DNA of 63,512 nucleotides, filler included, from Perkinsus olseni (Eukaryota): NCBI GenBank assembly GCA_013115125.1. It is 22 parts of 22 records of this genome, joined end to end, with 100 filler letters (N's around TTAATTAATTAA, not from the genome) between each part and the next. Parts side by side here need not be neighbours in the genome. Positions count along the whole stretch, not along the records: positions 40,852 to 43,610 come from JABANN010001503.1; positions 43,711 to 46,469 come from JABANN010001504.1; positions 46,570 to 49,326 come from JABANN010001505.1; positions 49,427 to 52,178 come from JABANN010001506.1; positions 52,279 to 55,024 come from JABANN010001507.1; 17 more parts are not named here. One strand, 5' to 3'. Shown piece by piece: positions 40,877 to 52,444 of this stretch (position 1 is its first letter; each line of letters starts with the position of its first letter). The notes under the pieces were generated by a model. It saw only the letters and a program-made list of their open reading frames with translations, ran no database searches and was not told where the DNA came from. The position numbers and the translations under genes were made by a program.

Positions 40877-43610
40877 ATGGCATTGAGTTCTAGAGGTCAG
40901 GATTCCGGGACTGCAGCTGACAGGGTACCCGATGCAGGATCCGCCCCTAGAACTTTATGGGATTTTCTCTTCGTTACCGCCTTCGTCCCTGCCGTCGCTT
41001 GGGATCGCGTTACCGATGAGTCTTCTCTACAAGATGATCTTGTACGTGTAGCCCGTGAAGACCTCTCCTTCAAGCAAGAAGAAATTGATGGTACCTTCGA
41101 GAGCGCTGTCGCTGCCTATGTACCTTATCGTTCTCTTGCTACTACTATGGCTAATCGGCTGCACAACTATATCGATAAGTGGTCTCGGTCTGAGGAAAAG
41201 CCCGGGTCTAAGAAGTGCCTGAAGTGCCTTTTAGATGATTGGTCTACCATCCGAGATGGGTTTATGTCTGCTCTTTCCAGTCAATCACTTGAGCCGCCAT
41301 CAAAATGTTTGGTCCTTGGTCTTTTCGCTTCCGACGTGGTCTACCATGTTCTTTCCAAGTTGATCGGTGATGAAGAGCATGAAGGTCGTGAGCCGATCTG
41401 GAAGATGCTTTCGGGAGCCCTTATCAATGTTGTTCTCCCTGTTGATCTACTCTCCCAGGCTGGTCGACGACTACTTCGTACTATAAAGCGTCAGGCGGTG
41501 AAAGACTTGGAGCAATCAGGCTGGTCACCAGTAGGCCTTCGATGGTATGACTTTGATATGGCCATTTGTGAAGGCTATGGGGACGATGATGCTCTCGTGG
41601 AAAGCCCACAACCGACCAGAGTCCAGAAGGCTATTGAATCTGCTACCGTCCCTATTCGAGCCCTCAAGTTCACCGAGGATTTTATCGATAAGGCACCTCG
41701 TGCGTTGGTGGTGCCCCCTTTAGCGACCACCCCAAGCTCGCCGCAGGGCGCGATACATCCCACCCCTGTCCGTGGTCGTCCGGTCTCTAATTATTATCTA
41801 CCTGCTGCTGGTGGTGGCACCAGTGTTATTGACCAGGTATCGGCCATCGAGGAACCTATAAGAGAAGGAGTTGTGTCTCCTGGTGATAGGCATAAGGCCA
41901 TCACTGCTGCCAAGGGCCTTCCCCAGATCTCCCCACCGTATAAGGGATTATCCGATTCGAGGCGCTTTTCGTGGTTGAAGGCTACTATCCGTAAGGTCTT
42001 GCGTGCAGCGGCTGCTGACGTTCCTACCCATTGGTATTATCTGCAGCGAAGCATCGACATTAACCTCTTCAACCAGATCCCTCTGCCTAACTTCGACCCT
42101 TGTGATATGGCTTCCTTCTGCCGTGCCACTAATTCGGTCTGGGAATACTTAGATACGATATGTGAAGGCAAGTATGCTCTCCAGCAACTCCTCGATGAGA
42201 AGCCCCAGCTCAAGCAGCGTGATGATGAGCAGGTGTCATCTTTCGTTTCAAGATGTGCCCAGTGGCTCGACGAAGCCAAGATCTGCAACCACTTGGTCTA
42301 TACGTATGAGATACGTATGATGGTCACCCGTGGTTTACGAAATACCTACCTATCAATGTGGAGCGCTGACCTCGGTGAAGATTTGTCTTTTCCTGAGTTC
42401 TGCTCAGCTATTGTACAGAAGGCCGCGTCTTTACGAGCACTGGGACTGGCTGATGACTCTACTAAAGTTGCCGACCCCAAGCTGTTACTCTCCACCGCAT
42501 CGCCTGACAAGAAGCCCAATCGACAGAAGAAGAGGTTCTCTGGTCCGTCATGGGTATTCGATATCGGGTCCTGTCAGAGATGTGGTGAGCGGGGCCACTT
42601 CGCCCGTGAATGCCCCAAAGCTGAGCCTAGTAAGGTTCGGGAACGCTGTGAGAAGTGTGGCGCCTTGAATCACGGAAAGGATGATTGCAAGTTCAAGCTG
42701 AAGGCTCCATGCAAGCGATGTGGAGAAGAAGGGCACTCCGAGTTTATCTGCTCTGCTCGTTCTTGCCGTCAGCAAAAGGATGGTGATGCTGAAGGTACCG
42801 CCCTTGTGATGAGGCTGAGTCAAGATCAACAACATCAACGAGTACTCACGTCATCCGATCAGCTTGACCGTTGTCCTACGCCTTCTGAGATTGCTGATCA
42901 TATCAGTAATATGAGTCAGCTCCCCCCTAGCTGTGGTATTCCGGCCTTCTTCGTTGATCTGTATCTCTATGGGCTTCAAGTGGGGTTCAAGGTGAGAGCA
43001 CTGGTGGATGTTGGCGCCGATGTTGACATCATCAATCATTCATTGGCGTTGCGCTTAGAAGGCCTTCCTCTCCGTCGACCAGGGCATGATGCTCGAATAT
43101 CGTTGGGCAATGGTACCGATGCCTTGGCGCTTATGTATGGCAGAACAGTGGCTACAACGTCTACGAGTACTTTCGAGGTAGCTTATTGGTCGATAGCCGA
43201 TCTCCCCTATGAGTACGTGTTGGGCCGTGAATCTGTCGCTCACTTGAATCCGGGCGACTTGGTGTCTACTTCTTCTGATGACTGTACCGTTGCTTGGACT
43301 TCATTTCTTCGTTTGGCTTGCCCGCATTGTCAGTCAGCAGGGTCCGATCAGCAACAAGCATCCTCTATTGTCGACAGCTGTGACGACATTGGCTATGATC
43401 ATGGTGACTATCTCAATGTTGAAGTAGGCGCTGATACTGAGCCCATCAAGGAAGCCAAGCTAGCTGCTGACAAGGAACAATTCTTGAAACCGCCACGATG
43501 GGCATCACTTGATGAAGGCTGGAATATCATAGAGACAGTTGCCTATGAAGAAGAAGCTGCCATATACTACGTCCGGTCGCACTCTGGAAAGCGGTTCTAT
43601 GTCTATGATG
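40877..43610 (+). mobile_element. LTR retrotransposon gag-protease ORF
   Basis: Three CX2CX4HX4C knuckles followed by the aspartic protease motif ALVDVGA; open to the contig end. Confidence 0.92.
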
Positions 43611-45830
43611 NNNNNNNNNNNNNNNNNNNNNNNNNNNNNNNNNNNNNNNNNNNNTTAATTAATTAANNNNNNNNNNNNNNNNNNNNNNNNNNNNNNNNNN
43701 NNNNNNNNNNTTTTCTGACCAGACACGTACCGTACTGTTTTATGTTTGTATAAGAAGTCTAGTGTGTGCAGCCGCAGCGAAGATTCTGTGTTATTGATGT
43801 TACTGTTGCTGCTGGTAGTGGCATCCCAGTTCTGTCGAAAGTTGGCCAGCGGTGACTACTGATGTTTTCGCACAGCCAACTAGTCGTTATTCATAGTTAT
43901 CATTGTTGTTGTTTTTCGGCTGGGTTCGCCTTGTCCAGCCCTCGCTGCGGCCAAGTAACATTGTAACAGTAGCAGAAGGTCGGTCATTGGTCGCTCTCAA
44001 ATCCGAGTTAGTATACTACGTGACAAGATTCAATTTGTTGCGTTTGATTGCCGTATACAGGTTGGATGGGAACCTCCTTACCGCTCGGTGGGGGGGATTT
44101 AGCTGCTAATAAGAACTCCTGTACTAGCGGGCGCAACAGCAGAATCCTGAGGCGTAGACATGAGTAAATTGTCGGGGCAGATTGTCATTGACAAGCATGG
44201 TAACTTACCATGACTGCATAGTCTTACTAAGACTGGAATTGGTACGAATAACTCAACTTGATACCGATTGGCTGACTCAGCAGAGGTGGAGTCAAGCCCT
44301 GTCTTAGGGGAGCGAGATGGATTGGGCGCATATGGCGCATGAACATTGCCACCAGTTTGAGAAGATCATCGAGCGGCATGTGGGTTCCTCAAAGGTGGTT
44401 TCACAAGCCCGCCGCCCCTGCAACGAATAGAAACAGCATAGACCGGTGAAGTCTTGCCGGGGAGGGGACTCAGTTAGTCCAGTGATGAGCTTCCAGTGAT
44501 GGACGGGAGACGGACGGCGGTTGATGCCGAGCGAGACCGAGAAGCTTGTGCCCTTGTCAGCGCTATTGTGTTGCGCGAACTATTGTGGCAATAGTATTGC
44601 CTTCGTGGTCCGACTATAGTTGGGCGAGCGCCGTTTGCTTGAGGCCGTATCTTTTCGCTAGTAGATTCGTAAGCCTTATCATGAGTAAGTCTATATAGAC
44701 TCCTAACGTACCAGTCCCCAACCTGGATCGACGAATAATTTTTATCATCTACTTCCACTACTACATCATCGTTGGTGTCGGCTCTGTTGGCACTAGTATT
44801 GTTGGCATCAATCCGCAGTTGTGTTATTAGATGTTATGGCATTGCAGGAAGCTTCGAGAATTCCCAAATTGAGTAGCCTTCCACGTGAGCTTCGACTTCC
44901 ATGCTCGAGTCCCACGGTCAACTTCCCGATGGGCTTCGGTGTTTTCGTATCGGTTGAAGTCCCGCTTCACACCGTCGGAGGCTGCGACTCGGACCCGAGC
45001 ACTCGAACTAAACCATATTGATATACTTCTTCGACGGGAATGATTGGATATGAGTGATTGAATAAGTGATATCGCTAGAGATGTCGCTCGAAACGACGAA
45101 CCTTCAGATGTACCTTAGAACTGTATAGGAGTTGGTGCTGACAGCACGAACTCCTATCGGCAGAGACGCCGTTGCTGTCACGTGGTACGTGCCACGTGCA
45201 CTTCCATCACGCGCAAGGCACCAATAAACCGTCTGTGATGGTCCGTCTTTCCTCATGAGCCAACTTGTTCGTTCTGTTCAGCACATCTGCTTCATGGCTA
45301 GGGTTTAGATCGCGTCTCGCGCAACTGATTCATCTGTCAGATGACACCCGACTTCAGCTCCATGAACTGAATCCGGAGGTCAATGAATGGGATAAGGATG
45401 GCACATTCTACTGTCACTGGACAGAACGCAACAGGCCAATCTCGTGATACCTCAAGCGCGATATGATACCGACCAACTTGACGCACACTTCATCTGGCGA
45501 ACTGAGAGTGAAGTCAGAAGTTGCTCAACACATTCACGATTCAATGCGAGCATCCTTCGAGAAAAAATATAATCTATTTCCTTGGATCGTCGTAAGCTGC
45601 GCTGGTTTGAGTCACCCGAGGCACAAGCTGATGACGCGGTCACCGCTATGAGGAGAAAGATTCCGGGGTCTTTCCGAAAGAAAACCGTCGAAGTACCTGC
45701 GCGGGAGGCTAATGTAACGGATAGCGAATGGAGTGGTACCGGCCACCACGGCCATCACTATGACTAGCTCTATCGGGAAGACGGGCGAAACGGCGAGGAT
45801 GACTACAGCGACGGACAGCGCCACGCGAAC

Positions 45831-45867
45831 CACTATGACATAGTGACTATGTCACATAGTCTATGTG
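45831..45867. repeat. Two chained exact 7-8-7 scars (targets CACTATGT and ACTATGTG)
   Basis: cactatg+acatagtg+actatgt, then actatgt+cacatagt+ctatgtg. Confidence 0.92.
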
Positions 45868-46154
45868 CGTGAAGTAGCTCGGACCGTTTTATCGAATCGG
45901 GTAGACCAACACTTGACGGAGTCTTGAAGCTCAACCAGCAGGAGGCGAATGTGGAGAGAAAGCTCGGCCAGGCCATTGACGAGGTAAAGGCAAACGAGCT
46001 GAGGCGTGACGAGGCCAACATGGCAGTGAGAAGGAGCACAAATGTCGGACCCTAGCCTAGCTAGCATATACCTCCCTCAGGCTGGCCAGGAACTGACGCT
46101 TGCGACGCAAGCGTCTCCCCACATCTCCCCACATCTCGCTTGACGCGAGTGAGT

Positions 46155-46176
46155 GGGTTTAATAAACCCGGTTTAT
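46155..46176. repeat. 22-bp 7-8-7 scar, target GGGTTTAT
   Basis: gggttta + ataaaccc + ggtttat, exact. Confidence 0.9.
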
Positions 46177-46640
46177 CATTGTAGTCGAAGACGGAAACTC
46201 AGAATTTCTGAGTAACACAGTCAGAGGTTACCAGGATATAAGGTGAAAGGAGCCGGAACTCACGGCGAACTCTTCGGCGGGCTGGCCAGGCAGCAGCATG
46301 CTCACAGAAATGCTGCGCAGGGACCATTTCTATGCGAGCCAGCTCGTATTGCGTTGAGGCATAGCTCATTGACCACTCGTCAATGAGCTCGAGTCATCAT
46401 CCCGCGATGCGCTCCAGGCTGGAGCAGCACCAGCCTGGAGCGCATCGGTCGTCACACGAGCTTTGTCTTNNNNNNNNNNNNNNNNNNNNNNNNNNNNNNN
46501 NNNNNNNNNNNNNTTAATTAATTAANNNNNNNNNNNNNNNNNNNNNNNNNNNNNNNNNNNNNNNNNNNNGCGATTCTCACCGCTCCTCTATTCTTACCCT
46601 TACAACATTATAGTTCATTATCACGCCGCTCTGATCAATC

Positions 46641-47911
46641 ATGTCCGTCCCCCCATTCAAGAAAGCACGTAGGGGCCATAGGTTCCCGGCTAATGCTATC
46701 CGACGCAAGATGCTCACGGCGTTGAGAGTAGCAGGTCTTTTCCACCGCGTGGAAGCCGTCATAGACCACGGTGTTCTCCTTATACGTCCAAAACCCGAGG
46801 CGCACGTCAGATATGGGTATCCGGTTACAAAGCAAGGTCTCAGTACTGATTCACCATGTTATATGTCTCCGCCTAATGTTATAACTCCGGAACAACATTA
46901 TACTTGGGCTTCTTCCCAGAACTTCCAGTTGGATGCTTCCTTCGAGTTACCAACCATGTTACAAGCCACTGTTGCTATACAGCGATGCTTATCTCCACAA
47001 GAGCTCAACTGGGTGCGTCAGCACAACATACAAGCCCTTCAAGTATGGGTCTCGGATTTACCTACCAATTACATCCCCCCTCGAGCAGCATCACACTGGA
47101 ACATCAATGCTGTGTCCGCCTCGATCGATCTTACTAACTATGCGGATAGAGATATCGAGGGAAGATCTGCATCGTTCGCCAACACCCTGACTACCGAGCC
47201 TCCCTGTTAGCTAGTGGCTTACCTTTCCTTCCAGAAGACCAACAACAACTAGTCGAGGCCAGCCTACAATCTGCTACTTGGCGCTCATACAGATGCGCGC
47301 TGAAGGTTTATCTTCTTTGGAGCTGGAACACATTTCCTTCGACGCCAGCCACCCCTGCCTCCCCGGAGAGGATTCGGGCCTTCCTTGCGACCAGACTTTC
47401 CCGTGTTCGGTATTTACCTGCTCTACGGAAGGCACATGTGTTGTTGCAGTACCCGTTACAATTCGACGACCCACTCACAAAGTCTATTGCTCGAGGCTGC
47501 TCCAACGCTATCTCTCAACATTGCAAGAACGAAGAAGGCATCTCTCTCCACTTCCTTGAGAGCCTAGTTCGACAAGCTACGTTACATGAACTCCATCTCT
47601 TCAAAGCTCCCATCGTTTTGGCTTATTGCTTCAGTTGCAGGGTACCATCCAAACTTCTCAACGAGTCCAATCGTTCCCTTCACATCCACGAGAACACCGT
47701 CACTTTGAGGCTGTTCAGACGTAAGAATGCTACCAAATTGACGACCATGTGTCGCCATTGTACATGTCATATTCTTGGCGCCTCCCACGCATTCCGACGT
47801 GGGTTCATTACCGACATGGCCACCGCAGGCTTCTCCGATCAGAACATCGACAAAGCAGGTGGCTGGTCATCCTCTAAGACCAAGTCAGTCTATATCTTAC
47901 AGCATCACTAA
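46641..47911 (+). mobile_element. Decayed tyrosine-recombinase (DIRS-like) element
   Basis: LAYCFSCRVPS...RRKN...HAFRRGFITDMATAGFSDQNIDKAGGWSS...VY gives the R, HxxR, W and Y residues; upstream ORFs are fragmented. Confidence 0.75.
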
Positions 47912-48479
47912 CCGGTCATGCTTAACCATCATCATGGGCCTTCTCCATAGCATTGTAACTTCGCAGAGATTTGACAGTACTACGCTAGCTATCCAATACG
48001 TCACGACTTCCGTTCGAACACAATCAGGCGCGTCTCTTTCCTCGTGGGGGGCAGACGCACGTGGGCGGAGTGGACACTCAGATCCGACGCTCCACCTTAC
48101 ATGGGTAACATCGGCACAGCGTACGGATCTTTGACGTGACGTCCACTCTGCCCAACGTCAGGAGATGTCAGGAACGAAGCTCCGTACGATGTGTATGGGA
48201 AGAAATGGACTGCCAATGGAGGTTTTTTGGGGTACACGACGAAGCTTGTGTTCGCATGCGCACCGGACCATGGGACGAGCGTCACGCGAGCGTGACGAGG
48301 GTTGCTCATTGAAGAACGAGATTAGTGCTACAAAGCGCACCAATCCAGGAGAGGAAGACTCTTTGAGTTTTGTGGCCCTCCGCCACTCCCTTTCGGCTTT
48401 TACCCGTGAGGGGGGAAGAGTAGAGCTTCTGCCGATCTCCAGACTCAGTGAGAGCACCTCCCAACCATCAAGCACTTCC

Positions 48480-48960
48480 CTCTGGATCTCGGTAATGTGT
48501 TTGCGTTTCAGAACAAATAAGCAGCAGAAGTTGTGACCAACCATGAATTGGCTATTTCAAGAATTCTGGTGAACTCTCAAACAGAAGGCATAGGCTATGA
48601 CAACATATGCGGATAGCAAGTGCAGACCAGACCGTTTGCACGACGAGGCGGAGTTGGTCTATTCGAAGGAACGTCTTCGCTCGAGTTATAGCAGCTCTGT
48701 CTCCGCGAAGCCATTCGGTTCAGGTGTGGGCGAACTCAACTGTGAACGAGATGGAGAGATTTAGTAAGATGTGCAGCTTCTCGAGAGCGGACAGATAGTA
48801 GGTTTGTTGGCCTGTTTGTAGTAGAAAGGACCTCACCGCGGTGGCTTCGGCCGGTAGTGCTGGTTTCTCTGGAGGGACATACTAATGCCAGCGGAGATAT
48901 GTAGGTACACAGGAGCGATAACTTCTAACTGCTATCGGTAACTGCCATCGGTCAGTGATA
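48480..48960 (-). pseudogene. Second tyrosine-recombinase remnant
   Basis: SYRSCV...YLSALEKLH...IAYAFCLRV...KRKH with stops and frameshifts, paralleling LAYCFSCRV. Confidence 0.5.
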
Positions 48961-50034
48961 TCTTCGCTTATTTCGGTCTTGAAGCTTATTGCTCAATTTC
49001 TAGTGCACTAGCCTCTCACTGACGCCAGGCGGATAAGGAAATCTCTGCAGGAGAGCACCCATATTATAATCTCTTATGAGCTGCAGATCAGTGAATGAGA
49101 GGAGGCTCTGCATAGCCGTGGGGTTTTGGAGCGGTTTTGGAGTGGTGTGGAGGCAAGGATGACCCCTTGACGTCGAAAGACGCTGTAGCTCGCCATGCTA
49201 TGTGTCCGGCAGTATCTTGTGCCTGGATCATAGAGATCGGTGATAAAGATAAAGGAGCCAATCTCAACCTGATATCCAAGGACAGACCGGTAAGTCGCCG
49301 TCGGACACGGAGAGAAGTTGTTCAAGNNNNNNNNNNNNNNNNNNNNNNNNNNNNNNNNNNNNNNNNNNNNTTAATTAATTAANNNNNNNNNNNNNNNNNN
49401 NNNNNNNNNNNNNNNNNNNNNNNNNNTTGATTTGAAGCGACGCAAGTCCTTCAATCAACTCTGTTCGGCCCTCATGCAGTATCTCGATGCTCGCAGGGGA
49501 GATGCGGGCTGGCACATTTTTTTCTGCCTCTGTTTTGTACGAGGCCCATCATTGAATATTTGCTATCAAAAAAAAGAAATAACAAAAAATAGAAATAGCA
49601 GCAGCGTGAGCAAGCGTCGGAGGACTGGCGGCTGGGACGGTGACCGCGAGGATGGAGGAAGATGCAGAAGAAGTCGGTCGAAGCCTTAGAGCAGGAAGAC
49701 GTGATGACTAGTTCATGTATTGCTCGTTATTAGGGAACGTCTCAAAAAAAAGAGAGGGAAGTCGCTCACCCAAGCAGCATCGATGCACGGCCTCGGCTAC
49801 ATCGTATATTTCCCGTGAGAGCGATGTCTTGATGGATCCCACCTGAGTAGATTACTGATGTGACAGCGAACAATTTATAAAACTGAACGTGCCAGTTTCG
49901 TATGCAAATGGCATTTCTCACCGTATCTGATCCATGTGATAGAGTTAAGTGATGGAACACATCAAGTGATGGGAAAAATAAAAACCCAAACACAAGGCAA
50001 GTTGAAATCGATCGCCGTTTCGCCGAAGATATCA

Positions 50035-51350
50035 TTAGAACGCACGTTCAGTGATTCGGTAGAAGAGGGATGAACGCAGGCCTACCAAAGTCTCGGCATC
50101 TTGGAGTCTGTCGGCTTCCACCAGCCCTCTCACGAGGAGGACATCAAGGAGGGAATCAACATGCGACAGCCACGAGGGAGCCGCTACGGCAACAGCGGCT
50201 ACCGATCGCCATCGACTTCTCAAGGCAGTGGCTGCCGACTGAGTGACAGCAGCAATGCACGGAACTCAGAGTATCACTGCCTACTTCATCAGAGGGCTGC
50301 GACGAACAACACTGCAACTTCCAGAGGAGACCTAGGGCGTTGGCGATGACGTGGTCATCTTCAAGATTCGCCGAAGTGAACATTCCGGCGGTTGTCTCCC
50401 TGCCCTCCCACCACAGGTCTTCATCAAAGATACGGACTGAAGTAACTGTGAATATAAAACTAAACGATAAGAGCCGACTCACGGGCTTCATCGAATCGGT
50501 CAGTTTCGGCGAGGACGAGCGCCCAGTGCCAGAAGCAATGGGTGTATATGAACGGTTACCGTTCAACGGTATGAGACTCTCCTGGCGGGCATTCCACGAT
50601 TCATGATGATCTCGAAAAAAATCAAGGGCATCTGGCTGGCGTTCGGGGCCCTGAGAGAACCGGCAGACTGTGAAAGGGATGACAGCCCGAGAAGGGTACT
50701 TGAAAATATAAACTGTGAATGACTGCGTGGTCGAGCCAGATGTCGTCGGTTGCCGCTCCTTGGCACGCATAACCATCCCGTGCCACGCGCTCTGCTGCTT
50801 CATAATCACCAATCTGCTCCAAACCAAAGGAGACCATCGCGGACAGGAAGGGACTGAGAGGAGGTTCGGATGGTGGTGGGATGATCGTGAAACAGCATAC
50901 ATGGTGGATAGGCAGGAACCACGATTCTTGTAGATCTCCGCGATGGCGTCATAGACCAGGTCAGATCGGCCACACTTCAACGCCATAACCTACCAACGAC
51001 GAAGGGACAGGTCCCAGTGAGCCGGAAAAGCCGTATAACCTGTGCCCTCTTCAGCGGGAACAGGTCGTCTACATCGGGGCCTGCCTCCCAGGAACGATAG
51101 AAGTGTCCGAAGGCGGTCTACGAATAGAGCAGTAAATCCTGATTGCGAAGATCACCATTGGTCACCTCGTAATCACTCATCGTGATGCACGATTGGTAGA
51201 CCTTCAGAAGACTGCTGATGTACTCGGGGCAGGCACAACCGTTGTCATCAACCAACCGCTTAACGATCGTGAGCATCTCCTTCCCTTGATGGGATTGCTT
51301 AGACCACGCGAAGTAGTCAACAGCTAGCAGCCCCGCTGTGAGGGTATTCT
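50035..51350 (-). CDS. TTC38-like tetratricopeptide protein, multi-exon fragment
   Basis: FGLEQIGDYEAAERVAR...DIWLDHAVIHSLY and NALGLLWKL. Confidence 0.6.
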
Positions 51351-51967
51351 CCTGAAAGCAGTGGTGACTTTTGGATTACTATCTCTACTTATACGAAATA
51401 ACATAATAACATAATAACATTATACATCGCGAAATTTAACCAACCCCAACGCTTCGTTACAACAGTATTATTCCCACGGTGATTTTAGCCTACTACGTAG
51501 TACGTAGTACTACCTCACGATGGCCATCATAAAGAACCAAAATTCCAACTATAATTTTTACCTAGTAATAATACTAATAATACGTAATACTTCAATAATT
51601 TACTACAATTTTTGAGCATGCATGGTTTGAGATACTTCGAATATCCTATCTGGTAGGACCTACCATGTCCTCTGCGTGTGGTTTCTTTAACGCCTTCTGT
51701 GCGGCCGGTACGATCTTGCTCCAATACCCGAAATTAAGATACGCCAACACTGCGTGCTTGTACGATCGTATGGCGGAAGATAGGTCGAGATTATTCATTA
51801 AGAGAAAGATAAGTGACGAGCATACGAACTATGGAGAAACGTGGGAATCACCAGAACGGCAATTTTCCCTTTATTCACACCAGCGGGTAACGACGAGCCC
51901 AGTCTGAACGAGCCCTAGGAAGTAGTGGTAGCAATCCTGCGTACGAGAATCGGCGTGGGCGAAGTTA

Positions 51968-51989
51968 CCGCGCACTGCGCGGCGCGCAG
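51968..51989. repeat. 22-bp 7-8-7 scar, target CCGCGCAG
   Basis: ccgcgca + ctgcgcgg + cgcgcag, exact. Confidence 0.88.
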
Positions 51990-52444
51990 AGCCAATACGC
52001 ACAATGTAGAGGCTTGTGCGAGATTGTCTCATAATCTAGGGACTGGTGCTTCAAAGCAACCCAAAGCTAGAGCTAGCATGCCATAAAAATGACGCATAGA
52101 CCATCAATTTCATGTCCTTATCGGCGAAATTGGCTTTCTTGATCATGAAATTGTGTGCCTTATTCGCGGAATCGAAGTNNNNNNNNNNNNNNNNNNNNNN
52201 NNNNNNNNNNNNNNNNNNNNNNTTAATTAATTAANNNNNNNNNNNNNNNNNNNNNNNNNNNNNNNNNNNNNNNNNNNNTACTACGACTCAGACTTTGGTT
52301 GTACGAATGGAAACTGGCCACGGCTCGGCCCGAGCAAAGCACGCGTGCCCCGATGGCACGCAAGCGCACTAAGCGCCTAAACGGTCAAAGATAGACAGAA
52401 AGACAGGTGACGCACACACCCTGAGACCCACTATCGGCCATCCA

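Noticed and set aside
37990-43610. Divergent pol and gag as one bidirectional element
   Set aside because: They are separated by a linker, so order and orientation are arbitrary.
51489-51515. TACGTAG palindromic cluster as a 7-8-7 scar
   Set aside because: Low complexity and does not fit the geometry exactly, so it was not counted. The same applies to 16425-16446 and 45178-45199.
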